A stretch of 64,000 bases of DNA from contig JAQGDQ010000384.1 of NCBI GenBank assembly GCA_030141605.1, positions 114,438 through 178,437 on the forward strand, read 5' to 3'. Made by a program: the position numbers and the translations under genes. The notes under the pieces are model-generated. The model saw nothing but the letters and a program-made list of their open reading frames with translations, ran no database searches and was not told the DNA's origin. This document shows positions 39,490 to 52,000 of the stretch, in pieces (the first letter of the stretch is position 1; the number at the start of each line of letters is the position of its first letter). Source of the stretch: Tubiluchus corallicola (Eukaryota > Animalia > Priapulida).

Positions 39490-40309
39490 TGTTTAACTTC
39501 AAAACTTATTGGACAAATTGATGCTTAAAGTTAAGAGATAGTTTTATAATTCAAATTCTCTTTTTTATGGTGATGATAATTCACTGTTGACTTGTTCGAA
39601 ACTCGCAGAGTTTTCAATAAATCAAAAGTGATACACTGCGATTTTCTGATTCCTTTTTCTTCTTTCATATTGCCCAGTAACTGTTTTTGCCTTCCAAAAT
39701 ACACGTCGGCAGGTGTAACATTCTTGAGTGATTCATGATACCGGTGGTTGTTGTAATTATATACAAACTCCTGTAGAACCGTCATTAGTTCATCAGGAAA
39801 GTAGTAGTTATCCAACTTTACCTGATTTTTCATGGTGCGGTGGTAACGCTCAATTTTCCCTTGTGTTTGAGGGGGGTATGGGGCTACACGTAAATGTCCC
39901 ATTTTGGTGTCTTTTAAAAAGCTTTGAAACTCGTTTGATATGTAGCACGCTCCATTATCGGAGAGTAACCTGGGACAATCGCCTGCAGGTATTTTGGCCG
40001 TATGTAAAGCCTTTTGAATAACATGCTTGGCATCGGCCGACTCAATGCTTTGGCAAAGCTCCCAGGTGACGATATAACTTGAATAATCTCCATTACGGTA
40101 GCCAAATAATACCAGCCCCATCCAATGATTTTAAAGTAGGTGAAATCGGTTTGCCATTGCTGGTGCACACGCGTGGTCTTATCTTTAAACTCATTTGTTC
40201 GATAGTCTGTTTTTTTGCCTTCATCTTATTCGTTTTTATTGGTTATAATTTAAGAAATGTCTCTCTTAATTTTTAAACCAATTTGTCCGAATTAAGCTGA
40301 AGATTTACA
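39490..40309 (-). mobile_element. Internally deleted IS3-type element, copy 3
   Basis: Same ends and body as copies 1 and 2, with an extra ~28-bp deletion near 39668. Confidence 0.92.
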
Positions 40310-40793
40310 GTTATTAATGCACTATTTTTTCTCCAGAAATATCTTTTTACATTTTTCATTGTTTATTAGTTTTTATGACTCTTCATAGTGGCCTACTACC
40401 TTGCTAAGATTACTTTCTTGCCCATGAACAACATTCAACTTTTTAGATGTACTGCAAATGGCAGTGGTCACCTCTTTAACCCTGCTTATGCTTGCCAGTT
40501 ATACTTAGCCCTTATACAAGTGACCACCTGCTCATGGTGCTCGCTATGATGATTTAACATTTGATATTTAGTAGTTTACGTCAGCATAGTGCCGAAGTGC
40601 AACTATTTTTTATTCAAAAAATACCCGAAGGACAAAAATTGAACTCCATACAACAAAAAAGTAATGAGGATTATATAACTTTAGAGAGTAGTTAACTAAG
40701 ATTTACTTTACAGTAGCGGGGTATTATGGTAAAAAAATCACCAGAGGAACATCGCTCTGTTACTTCGGGCAAAATATAAACTGAATTAATACA

Positions 40794-42125
40794 ATGAAAG
40801 CGTCTAAGTTATTTACTCTGTTCATTCTTACCTCAACAATATGTTTTAGTCAGGAAAAAGCAGAGTTGTTGAGTATTCTTTTCAGAACAATGAGCAAACA
40901 TGGACAATTCTATGGGAATGTCTTGATTGCAGAAAATAATAAAACTCTATTTTCAGGATCTTATGGGTATGCAGATAGAGAAAAAAAGGAGTTGCTGAAT
41001 GAACAGACACTATTTAATGTTGGCTCTGTTAGCAAGGCTTTCACAGCTATTGCCATACTTCAACTTGCGGAAAAGGGTAGACTAAAGCTATCTGATAAGG
41101 TTTTGAAATATCTCCCGGATTTCCCTTATTCTGAAGTAACCGTTCATCACCTTCTGGTTCACGCAGGTGGGCTTCCAAATGACTACGACTTGCTTAAAAA
41201 TAATAGCTCGGAAGACCCTCAAATAGCAACAAATAAAGTTGTGATCTCTGCTTTAAACAAGCTAAAACCAGCTTTGCAGTTTACACCCGGAGAGCGGAGT
41301 GAATACAGCAACTTGGGTTACATGATATTAGCAGAAATAGTAAAAACATCATCAAAAACCGACTTCAAGCAATACCTTCATAACAACATATTCAGTCCTT
41401 CTAACATGACAAGGACAAATATTTACAACGCTGAGGAAATAAAACAAGTTGTCAATACTGCAAAGGGATATGTTCTATATCCGTTTACAGGAAAGTATGA
41501 GGAGGCTATTAAAGTGCCTGAATTTAATTCAAACTACATCATGAGCGGACTTCAGGGTGATGGAAATGTTTACTCAACAATAGTAGACCTAAATAACTTT
41601 TATAAAGCACTTGCAAATCATGACCTGATCTCGGAGGAGTACTTAGAAATGGCATTCCAAAAACATATTCCTGCTAAAATGAAAGGCACGCCTGACTTTG
41701 GTCATAGCTATGGCTATGGCTGGTTGGTTATAAATGCACCAAAACAAATAGTAAGCAGAGGGGGGGAATTACCAGGGTATGTATCTAACACAATCTGGAA
41801 TATTGCTGATGAACGATTAATAATCTATCTCAGCAATGATTACTTGTCATATACTTCATATCAAAATCAAATCCCAATGGCGATTGCTGGAATTTTTTTC
41901 CAAAATACGGTACAAATCCCCAAAATGACTGCAAGTGTTGAATTGACAAAAATTGCGATCACTAGCACAATCGAATCATTGACGGCTAAGATTAACGAAA
42001 TAAAAAGTCGTCCGGAACTATATCAAATAGATTTGAGCGGATTGAGATTCCTTGTTATGAAATTGGAACAAACAGGAAATAAAGAAAAAACAGACTTGAT
42101 TATAAATAGTTTTAATCTGGAATAA
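40794..42125 (+). CDS. Serine hydrolase, beta-lactamase class C/PBP-like family
   Basis: Signal peptide, FNVGSVSKAF (SxxK), LLVHAGG, FTPGERSEYSN (YxN) and YGYGW. Confidence 0.9.
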   Translation: MKASKLFTLFILTSTICFSQEKAELLSILFRTMSKHGQFYGNVLIAENNKTLFSGSYGYADREKKELLNEQTLFNVGSVSKAFTAIAILQLAEKGRLKLSDKVLKYLPDFPYSEVTVHHLLVHAGGLPNDYDLLKNNSSEDPQIATNKVVISALNKLKPALQFTPGERSEYSNLGYMILAEIVKTSSKTDFKQYLHNNIFSPSNMTRTNIYNAEEIKQVVNTAKGYVLYPFTGKYEEAIKVPEFNSNYIMSGLQGDGNVYSTIVDLNNFYKALANHDLISEEYLEMAFQKHIPAKMKGTPDFGHSYGYGWLVINAPKQIVSRGGELPGYVSNTIWNIADERLIIYLSNDYLSYTSYQNQIPMAIAGIFFQNTVQIPKMTASVELTKIAITSTIESLTAKINEIKSRPELYQIDLSGLRFLVMKLEQTGNKEKTDLIINSFNLE

Positions 42126-42320
42126 AACGGTGCACAACAATGTGTAAAATAGTAGTCGAGAAAGTGAGTGTTTGAGCAGGTTTAGCCCACTTAAAAACGG
42201 TATTGGCTTTTACAAAGTGATTTGTCCGCAATTGGCTATGCTACTTGTAAATTATTGTTGAACAATATATTCGGGTTGATAATCAAACACTATAAAAGTG
42301 TGAGTCAATCTGTTTTATCA

Positions 42321-43349
42321 CTACTTCCACCTATTTGCTAATGCAACAAGCGATAGCATTACCGGCACTTCGACTAAAACCCCCACAACAGTTACCAGGG
42401 CAGCAGGAGAGTGTAAGCCAAACAAGGCAATTGCAACAGCAACGGCAAGTTCGAAAAAATTGCTCGCCCCAATCATAGAAGCGGGGGAGCAAATAGCATG
42501 AGGTAGCTTTAATCTCCGGCCACCAAACCATGTGACAAAAAATATAAAATATGTTTGAATCACCAATGGAATGGCCACCAGAAATATAATAAACGGATTT
42601 TCGGTGATTATACTTCCCTGGAAAGCGAAAAGTAAAACTAAGGTTAACAGTAAGGCCAAAATAGAAACCGGCTTGAACTTTGGCAGGAATGACTCCTTAA
42701 ACCATTTCTCCCCCTTTTTTCGAGTCAGGGTTTTGTGTGTTATATATCCCGCAAGCAGTGGAACTACCACAAATATCAATACGCTTGTGACCAAAGTGTT
42801 ATAAGGGACCTGAATATTGGTAATACCAAGTAGTAAACCCACAGTAGGCACAAAAGCAACCAAAATTATCAGGTCATTAACCGATACCTGAACCAATGTG
42901 TAATTGGGGTCACCATCGGTCAGATAACTCCATACAAAAACCATTGCTGTGCAAGGTGCAGCACCCAGAATAATTGCTCCTGCAATATACTCCCCTGCCA
43001 GTTCAGGATTAATAAACGCAGCATAAACCTTTGTGAAAAAAATCCAGGCAAAAAATGCCATGGTAAACGGTTTTATCAACCAGTTTACAACAACTGTAAG
43101 AATTATCCCTTTAGGCCGCTTACCAACATCTTTAATACTGGAAAAATCAACCTGTAGCATCATCGGGTAGATCATTAGCCAGACCAGAATAGCTACGGGG
43201 ATATTTACTTTAAAAATCTCAACCTTACTTAGTAATTCCACGCCTTCACCAGCAAAATTACCAATAATGATACCGGTACCAATACATAATGCAACCCATA
43301 GGGTCAGGTACTTCTCAAAAAAACCTATCTGCTTTTTCTGGTTGCTCAT
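42321..43349 (-). CDS. acr3: ACR3-family arsenite efflux transporter
   Basis: [44 protein letters not shown] and GVLVEVPVM. Confidence 0.95.
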   Translation of the reverse strand: MSNQKKQIGFFEKYLTLWVALCIGTGIIIGNFAGEGVELLSKVEIFKVNIPVAILVWLMIYPMMLQVDFSSIKDVGKRPKGIILTVVVNWLIKPFTMAFFAWIFFTKVYAAFINPELAGEYIAGAIILGAAPCTAMVFVWSYLTDGDPNYTLVQVSVNDLIILVAFVPTVGLLLGITNIQVPYNTLVTSVLIFVVVPLLAGYITHKTLTRKKGEKWFKESFLPKFKPVSILALLLTLVLLFAFQGSIITENPFIIFLVAIPLVIQTYFIFFVTWFGGRRLKLPHAICSPASMIGASNFFELAVAVAIALFGLHSPAALVTVVGVLVEVPVMLSLVALANRWK

Positions 43350-43372
43350 ACTTTGAATAGAATGGGTGTTCT

Positions 43373-44188
43373 TTAACCCTGCTTTGTTGCACTAACTGTA
43401 ATACTTAAAATCTCTACCTCTTTACTTTTTATCTCACTCAACTCTTCGGGAGCAAGGTAATTAAGCAAGATACTGTCCGGGATTACTATTGGTTTTTCTT
43501 TATGTGTTTGAATATCAGAGAACCCGACTGTTTTAATGATTTCCAGGTATTCAGACCTCTGTAGGGCGCCTGACACACATTCTGCATACATCTCGGCTGC
43601 TTGCTGTAATTTTTCAGGTAAATTTCCAAGCAGGACAATATCTGAAATACAAAAGTGTCCACCAGGCTTTAATACCCTGAATATTTCGCTGAAGGCTTTT
43701 CTCTTATCCGGGACTAGGTTTAAAACACAATTGCTGATAACCACATCGTAGCTATTTTCCGGCAGTGGCATATTTTCAATATCGCCTTGTACAAAATCAA
43801 TATTGGCAAACCCTGTTTTCTCTAAATTCAGCCTTGCTTTCTGAAGCATGGCATCCGTAAAGTCCAAGCCGGTTACTTTACCTTTTTCCCCAACTATGCT
43901 TCGAGCCACAAAACAGTCATTTCCAGCTCCAGAACCCAAATCCAAAACAGAATCACCCTCTTTAATTGCGGCAAACTCGGTCGGTAGCCCACATCCCAGG
44001 CCAAGATCAGCATCGGGATTATAGCCGGACACATTCTTATAATCATCCCCAATCATGGTTACCTCCAGTGCATTGCTGCAGGGTGATGCCCCACAGCAAC
44101 TTTGCTGCTCGGATAGTTCGCTTTGGCTAACAACATCCGAATACTTCTCTTTTACAATTGACTTTAAATCTTCATGAAGCTTTTTCAT
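43373..44188 (-). CDS. arsM: Arsenite S-adenosylmethionine methyltransferase
   Basis: [37 protein letters not shown] and ECVSGA; adjacent to acr3. Confidence 0.93.
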   Translation of the reverse strand: MKKLHEDLKSIVKEKYSDVVSQSELSEQQSCCGASPCSNALEVTMIGDDYKNVSGYNPDADLGLGCGLPTEFAAIKEGDSVLDLGSGAGNDCFVARSIVGEKGKVTGLDFTDAMLQKARLNLEKTGFANIDFVQGDIENMPLPENSYDVVISNCVLNLVPDKRKAFSEIFRVLKPGGHFCISDIVLLGNLPEKLQQAAEMYAECVSGALQRSEYLEIIKTVGFSDIQTHKEKPIVIPDSILLNYLAPEELSEIKSKEVEILSITVSATKQG

Positions 44189-44250
44189 AGTTAGGCTAAA
44201 TTAAAAATTATAAAAGTTTTTGCTTTTATTTGGTGACAATAATATCCTGT

Positions 44251-44387
44251 TGAAATGCGAGAAACTCTTTCGGTTTCCCATGTTTCAATTCGAGCTGAGT
44301 ATCTCATCAAGAGCAGCTCAATCTTGTTATCACTATTCCACTGTTCAAGTGTGTAAGCTCAGGACCATTATCCAGTCGGAGCTTCCC
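44251..44387 (-). promoter_or_regulatory. Putative SAM-II-long-loop-like riboswitch leader upstream of arsM
   Basis: A -7 box TATCTTTG lies at 44403-44396. The leader reads GAAGCTCCG...ACACTTGAACAGTGG...GAGCTGCT...ATGAGAT...TCGCATTTCA, resembling Bacteroidota metK leaders as I recall them. Not verified by a covariance model. Confidence 0.45.
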
Positions 44388-44451
44388 TATTAATGCAAAG
44401 ATAATAAAATATTACGCCTAACTGTTAGTACCTACTTAGTACTACTGCCTA

Positions 44452-44939
44452 TGTCTAATCCTGACATAACTTTACTTTTTGTGTAAAGCTATTTCAGATA
44501 AAATTAGAAGAGAGTATGTTAAGCGTACTCAAAAAGATTATCCAATAGCTTTTAAAATGCGAATTGTTGAGGAAGCGGGAAGAGGCCATTTGGACATTAC
44601 GGCTGCATGTAGGGAATATGGCATTCAAGCTCATAGTATACTGTATCAAGTTGGTTGAGAAAGTATGGTAATTTTGATTGGGAAAATCAAACTCCATCAA
44701 TATAAGCTACGATCAAAAGTAAAGTGCTTCATGCTTTGGTAGCTGAAAGTATTGAAGCTTATAACAAACTAAGACCTCGCCAATCATGATGCAACACGCT
44801 TACGCCTAAACAAATGCACAAACAGGCTAAGATGAAGATTAAAATGTACAAAAAAAATTCCCCCAAAGTTACTTGACTAACATGAATATTATTGTTTTAG
44901 TAGTCTAATAATCTGTAACGATTAAATTAGGAGTAGACA
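44452..44939 (+). mobile_element. Internally deleted IS3-family remnant (different element from copies 1-3)
   Basis: Ends TGTCTAATCCTGA...TTAGGAGTAGACA. An OrfA relic YVKRTQKDYPIAFKMRIVEE...WLRKYGNFDWENQTP is joined to an OrfB tail ESIEAYNKLRP...LTPKQMH. Confidence 0.82.
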
Positions 44940-45028
44940 CAAAAAAATAAAATGGAGACCTGAAACCAATCAAAAAAACGGGGCGATACCGAAAAGCCAA
45001 ATGAGTAGGAGTGCTAAAATTTAATATT

Positions 45029-45391
45029 ATGAATCAAGTTTTCTTTATGAATCAAGTTTTCTTTTTCTTGCTGCCATTAATACTCTTACATATAATTGCT
45101 ATGTAGAGATTGTATGAAAAGGCAAATAAGCCAGGGTGTGCCGTGATTATCCCTGTTTATAACACTATTGTGCTCCTAGAAATAATTGGGAAACCGTGGT
45201 GGTGGATTTTCTTATTGATGATTCCATGTTTAAATATAATTTGGATAATTTGGTGTTCTAATCTTATGGTAAAAAGCTTTGGGAAAAGTGAAGGATTTAC
45301 GGTCGGAGTAATTTTACTCAGTGCGATTTTTATTCCAATTCTTGGTTTTGGTAGTTCAAAATATATTGGACCTGCAGGACTTAAACAATAA
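45029..45391 (+). pseudogene. DUF5684-type small membrane protein with an in-frame stop
   Basis: From ATG 45029: ...IIAM*RLYEKANKPGCAVIIPVYN...GKPWWW...KSFGKS. TAG at 45104 sits where the family has Trp; there is an 18-bp tandem duplication at the start. Confidence 0.7.
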
Positions 45392-45414
45392 CAAACACTG
45401 TTAAGAAGCTGGTG

Positions 45415-45993
45415 CTATAAAAGTAACCTGAATGTTTGCCTGTGATATGGGGTGATCCCATGCTTGGCTATTGCTATGCGGTGGGCTTTGGTAGGGTATC
45501 CCCGATTTTTATTCCAGCCGTATTGTGGATACTCCCTATGAAGTTTTAGCATAAAATCATCCCGATAGGTTTTTGCAAGTACAGAGGCGGCAGCAATGGA
45601 CAGATATTTCCCATCTCCTTTTACAACACAAGTATGAGGAATGCTGCCATAAGGGTTAAAGCGGTTTCCATCAACAAGGATGTGTGCAGGCTTTGTGTGA
45701 AGCCTGTCCAGTGCTCGATGCATTGATAGAAAAGAGGCATTAAGGATATTTATTTCATCAACTTCGCTGTTGCTACACATTGCAACCCCCCACGCCAAAG
45801 CTTCTCTCTCTATTACTCCCCTCAACTCATAGCGTTGCTTTTTAGTGAGTTTTTTCGAATCATTGAGTAGCGAATTTTTAAACCTGTCATGCAGGATTAC
45901 CGCTGCTGCAAATACCGGGCCTGCAAGGCACCCTCTGCCGGCTTCGTCACACCCGGCTTCACACACTCTCTCTTTTAAGAAAAGCTTAAGCAT
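45415..45993 (-). CDS. rnhB: Ribonuclease HII
   Basis: GCDEAGRG, LNDSKKL, LVDGN, KGDG...SIAAASVLAK and GYPT. Confidence 0.97.
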   Translation of the reverse strand: MLKLFLKERVCEAGCDEAGRGCLAGPVFAAAVILHDRFKNSLLNDSKKLTKKQRYELRGVIEREALAWGVAMCSNSEVDEINILNASFLSMHRALDRLHTKPAHILVDGNRFNPYGSIPHTCVVKGDGKYLSIAAASVLAKTYRDDFMLKLHREYPQYGWNKNRGYPTKAHRIAIAKHGITPYHRQTFRLLL

Positions 45994-46042
45994 TTCTCAA
46001 ATATATAGTATTTCTATCTGTTTATTTGCAGCCTCTATCAGC

Positions 46043-49000
46043 TTAAAACTGCGAAAGTGTAAACCTCAGGCTAGCTCCAAAACTGGTATTGGACATAGGA
46101 TGAGAAAGAGATATATAGGGATTGTTAACAACTCTGTCGTAATACAGGCGAACAAGAAAGGCACTACTCAGGCTATAGTCGGCAGTAAACTTTATTGTTA
46201 GCGACTTTTGGCCTGCGGTAAGCTGGTCACTATCCTCCGCCAATTTACGAAGAGCTGTTTTATTCTTTCTGATCCCAACATCTGCCCTCAGCATTAGATC
46301 ATTACTCACTGCCATCTGAGAATCCTTTGTCTTGATAAACAGTTGCATATCCTCTATACGATAACCAGCGCCAAAACTAGTCTCTTGATTATACACCTCA
46401 GTAGACTGGTTATTTGCAAGACTTAATGTGAGGCTTCGTGACTTACGATACTCAAATGCAGTTATAATATTGTTAAGCCAGGTAACATCAATATTAAATA
46501 AAGGAGTAAATGCTTCATTAATATTCACAGTCGCTACATTGTACTTTGGCACAAAATTATTTTGAAGATCGCGGGTATAACTGAACCCATCATCAGCGAC
46601 AATATAGTTCAGATTTGAGGTATATCCCCCCACATTATATGTTGAGCGATATGCATGGCCCAAACTTACAGATTTTACCATACGTTTTAACTTATTAACC
46701 TGATTAACAAGCCCTGTATACCTTACACGCCAATTTGGCATCATAAACTTAGCAGAGGGGAATGGGCTCAATGAAACTTTTTGTGGACTTCTACCTGAAT
46801 ATGCTGCAAGAAATGAAGGTATTAACACCTCTGATGATGTTGCCCCATAGCCATCAGGAAACCCTGTCTCTGAATCTATTCCTCCAGGGGAATAACCATA
46901 ATGTGGATTTGGAACTCTATTACTTGCCAACCTCGAAGCTATTTCTCTTCTGTAGCTTTGAAACTCTTGCCACACTTTCGATTCCTGTACTCCCGCCTGT
47001 CCTAACTTCTCAAATGATGAGTTGATAGACACTATTGTCATGCTAAAACTACCATACTGCGTTTTATTAGCTGCACTCCATCCATCAGCTTCATTATGAA
47101 TATAAAACTCCGAGGTATTGTCTGAATATGTTCTGCTTGACATCAACTCTATTTTAAGACCCGATATTGGCTCAATTTGTGTCCTTATATTTAGCGTGTT
47201 GGTGCTTGTCATCACATAAGGTTGATTTACAATAGAGTCTGTAGAAAGCCAGCCATTCTCAATTGCTGCCCATGCAAAATTTTTATCCTGATGTCCCAGC
47301 ACAAATGGCCAGCCCGGAGCACGGGCAGATGCATTTATCGCTGGCGACTTGTAGGAGCTTGTACCCAAAACAGATGATCCGGGCAAATATCCCGCAAGTG
47401 TTGTCCCATCATTCTGCGTATATGAAACATTTATATCTCTTACCATCATAAGAAACCTTGTAGTTCCATCTGCTATAGTATTTATTGTGCTTGGCTTTGA
47501 ATCGTCATGTTGTTGATCCCTGACTACCTCTATCCGGATATTATCAAGGCTTTTTGGTGAAGTGAACAGAACACTATTCCTTCCATCTGTTTTTACTTTG
47601 CCTTTCACCCTTTCACCCCTGCTGTTTGTCACTTTTACAGTAATTTTTTTTGTGTCAAGTCTGTGATTAACCGAATAGGCAGTATTCGCTTCCAGAGATA
47701 TGCCACTCTCGATAAACTTATTCCCCGATGCCTGATCAACCCTTTGGGTACCTCTTCTTGCCCCTCGCAAGCTCCTTGCATACTTCTGGTTTACCTTTTT
47801 CAGATATGGCACCTTATTATACAGATTCACCATATTTGCTCGAACACTGCCCTGAAGCCCCCTGGAATTTCGAATAGTGTTACCAAGCTCATAATCAGGT
47901 ACTGTAATAGGGCCAGCTTCCCAGTCGTACGTCCCCCGATAACGTGCTGTGGCTGATGTCCAGTCCAGAAAAGGTATTTTATTAATAGGTATTGTGTATG
48001 ATCCGTTCAAAATATGGTAGTAGTGAATATTCCTCCCTCCGCTTAAAATACTCTTTAATATAGTATCGCGCTTTGCTTCATAATCGGGGAGGTCCTTATC
48101 TACTGCTCCCAGCGGCTCGTCAATACGTGAAGTATTCAGCGCTGAAAAATCAATTCTCAGACTACGCGCTAGATTGTAGCTAAAATCATAGTGCCTATTC
48201 CACCTGAAATCTTTCTCATATGAAGTAGGAATAATGTATTCAGGATTTGTAATGTTACGAAACTTCAGCTCACTATTCCTTCTCATCATATCAGACCTGA
48301 AACCCATCTTATTGGGGAGGTAATAAAAGTTAAAATCTCTTATCAACGCCCATGCCCGTGACTTGAAAACATCCATTTTTTTGAATGGTTCAACAGGCTT
48401 TGGGCTCAAACTATAGTTATATGTTAGCAACATACGAGTATCTTTTTGTACTCTCTTTTCTACATTTACATCACGATGAAAAGCTTTGTTATATGAATAA
48501 GATACTGAGAAGTTGGAAATGTCGTAAGGCATTGGCACCTCTTTTTTATTTGGCTTATCAACCCTTACATTAGTAAAACTAATACTCTTTCGTGTTGTCA
48601 AATCCTGCACTATGGTGTTTAGCGAATCACGCTCATGCTTGGTCTCTGTAGCATCAAGTGCATCTTTCATCTTAACATCTGGATCAAGAGGGTTGTACTC
48701 AGGCATTATTAGCTGTTTGGAATAACCCACATACATAGGTATTTTGACGTTCGACTCTGTCCCAAAAAATTTTCCAAGCTCAAAACTGGTGGAGATATCA
48801 TATTGATTATTCTCTTCCATTGTACGTTGCCCCATCTTGGAGTCAATGCTTCCAAAGCCAGAGCTGGTTGTACGTCCGGCAAAAGAGTACGTGCCAAAGT
48901 CCGCCATATTGCCCGAAATCCTCCCCATAGCTGCCCATCCACCATCCTCCTCAAAATCTGTAAGGCGCAGCTCATTAACCCAAACAATAACAGACTTATC

Positions 49001-52000
49001 CCCTTTATTGCCTTCACCCTGCTTGTTTCTCACCCCAACCATAATAACCTCTACTTCAGAAAGAGTAGGATTACCCTTTATTTTTACTCTATTTTTATTA
49101 TCATTTACCCCTTCGTGTATCTTTTCATACTCATCCTGCATAGAAACTCCCGAGCCAACCCTTCTCATCTCCTCATTTCGTTCCAGCTTCAACTTAGGTA
49201 GCAGCTCCAGTGGAATATATACCCTATTCTCTTCCGGCCAAACCTCAAATCTATCTGATTCATTATTAGCATTATAATAGCCAGGAGAAGTCAGTTTTAA
49301 AGGCACATCATATTCATAGTAGTTATGCTGAAAATCAGAGCCAAGCCTCAGAAAAACATGTAGCTCATCATCTTCAAGCGGACTGTTTTCAACCTCCTCT
49401 GCGTGAACTTCTAACTTCAGTAACTTATACCTTCTCATATCATACCGCGATGTTTTGTATGCGCCTCTGGCATCACCCTCTTCCAATCCGAGTACACGCA
49501 ACTCCATCGACTGCTCATTCAACTCCCTTATTTGAGGATTAGAGGGGTCTATTGCCCTCTCTATTCCGGGTGGCAAAATGTAATTTATAGGTGTCCTATT
49601 GGCATTCTCTTCAATATTAACTGCCGAAATATCAAGCTGCGTATCTTCCGAGAGAATATCACTATCTTCTGAAAGGCTCTTTTCATATTTACGCCAGTCA
49701 GCTCTAACAAGGTCCAGTGTAGCAAAACGCAATACCACCGGCTTTTCCCAACCCCTCAAAAACATTCTCATAAAACGTATTGACCTAAAGTCACTTATGC
49801 TCCCCACACTCTTTTGAGGTGATCGAATAGGGACCTTAAATTGATACCATGTTATCTCGCTCTTTGTACCATCTCTAAACTCCACCTCTGCTGTCTTCGA
49901 ATCGGTAATATAGTTTTTGCCAACCTCAAGGTTATCTCTATCTATTCTGACATGGTACTGAAAATATGCCTCAGTCTCATTTAGCGTATTGTCTCCAATC
50001 AAATCTTCAGCGTCAGGTATCGACGTTGCAGCGGTTGAGTATGATTCAGGCGAAAGCTCGCTAGTAGGAGAGTTCCCTTCCGAATTGTTATACAGCTTAT
50101 AACGCTCAATAATCCCCAACTCCTGCTCATCATAATCACTTCCTCTGTAATAGTGGTAATCATCCGATGCAGGATCATTAATTACCGTCTCCAAAGCCTC
50201 TCCACTAACTATACTTCTAAGCTCATTAATATACTCATCATAAAAGCTACGCTCATCCTCTGAATTCATTCCATTCAGCCCAACATCCTGATATGTCCTT
50301 GCGCCGGGGTCGTTATCAAATGCCCTCACCAGAGACTGTTGCTTTGAGACACGCCCCCAGGCCGTAATATCACTATTACTATAGCTGCCATCTGCCGATA
50401 ATCCATTCTCAAATGACTTGCGCCCATCACGTAAAATATCTTCAGACACATCCCCCAGGTTAAAGTAAAGGTCCCCTCCCAAATTTTCATTCAACTCGTC
50501 CTCAGCAAACGGGTCCATCAGCCAAAACTCTATATACTCTACATTTGCAGCTTCAAAATCACTTGCTTCAACCTTTCGCATAATGCCTCCCCACCTGCTT
50601 TGGGGATCCCGCATCTTTCCATCAGGAGCAGTACCGGCAGAGTAGCTTGAAGGTCCCGTCTCAAAATTATAAGGTCCTCGCTCTGAGGGATAAAATGCAA
50701 GATCAAAAGTTGGAAGACTCGTCAGCTCACCCAATACATTCTGCCTGTCAGGGAAAATCTCCTTTTGGGAAACCTCCCTCACATAGTGGCTTGAACGCTG
50801 CGAAGGATTACTCCTGAGATGGGCCGGTGTAAGGGAGGTGTTTCTTTGAAACAGCGGATCTATAACATACCATGCCAGCCTAGAGCGGTTAAACCCGTAG
50901 CTCAAATCATTTATCAAATCAGCTTCCAAAAATTCATCCTGCCCACGAGGAGTACTGGCAAGAACCCAAAGGTGATGGGTTTTCATACTAATTGATGTCT
51001 TTGTCCCTTCAAAATCGTCTATATATACAGCCCCTTCCGAAGATATCGCTTTCGAATGGGAGGGGAAAAGCTTTGCCCACTCTGCACTTATGGCCACATT
51101 TGATTCAGCTTTTGTCGAAATAAGCGGGATAGCGTCTATTACACTTGTGATAAACTTTGACTCAGTAGCGTATGATGCGTTAAACCCAAGCATTGTATTG
51201 GATATCGGGTCCTCACTGAAGTTGACCTTTTGTGTAAGCGGTTTCTCATGAAGGTACATCAATGTTGTACCAATATTCAACTCATCACTCACATCATAAT
51301 TCATGTGAGTCCCCAAAAGGGTTTTCCTCTGCATACTAAATAGATCCTCACTTTCTGTCGATATCGATATAGGCGTGCCTGACTCAAGTAGTCCCTGGTT
51401 GATAATCCTCACTCTTCCCAGTGTGTAGTCCACAACATAATCGATGTTTTCAACCAGCTCTGTACCGCCTGCCATTACTCTTACCGAACCTCTCGCTACA
51501 TTCAGGGTATTTAAGGGTATCTCAGCACTTGACTCCCCCTTATAGCTGCCTCTCAGGCTATACTTATTTTTCTCTGCATCCTGCTCTGCAGCAGTCTTGG
51601 TGTTATTATACAAGCTGGAAAAAACATACTTGTCAATTGCCTCCTGATCTCCATTCATCTGTCTCTCCAGATTTGACCCAAAAGGCTCAACTACCGGAAA
51701 TATAACTCTTCCAGTTGAGGAGTTAACAGTGATCCCTTCCACATAATCGAAAATACCGTCAGGATAAGGATCATTTTGTGAATTTAGCCTGTCAAGATTC
51801 ATAGCCTGAAGCAGTATTTTCTCTTTCAGAGGACCATCGGGAATATAATTTAAATGCCCACCGGTCTCGTCATTTTTATACGCAATATCAAGTATAAAAT
51901 CTGACTTCGATAGCTGGTACGCCCCCAAACTATAAATATTCTTCATCATCAATCGCCAGTTTTTAAGACTGGGATTTAGAGCTGTGCCCTTCAACAATTT

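Noticed and set aside
45104-45106. Stop-codon recoding (TAG readthrough) in the DUF5684 gene
   Set aside because: TAG ends normal genes here (e.g. the oxidoreductase, acr3, mqnC) and other damage is present, so a TGG>TAG nonsense change is simpler.
36952-45400. Intact integrative element at tRNA-Pro
   Set aside because: No integrase, relaxase or duplicated tRNA 3' end was found; only an eroded islet can be supported.
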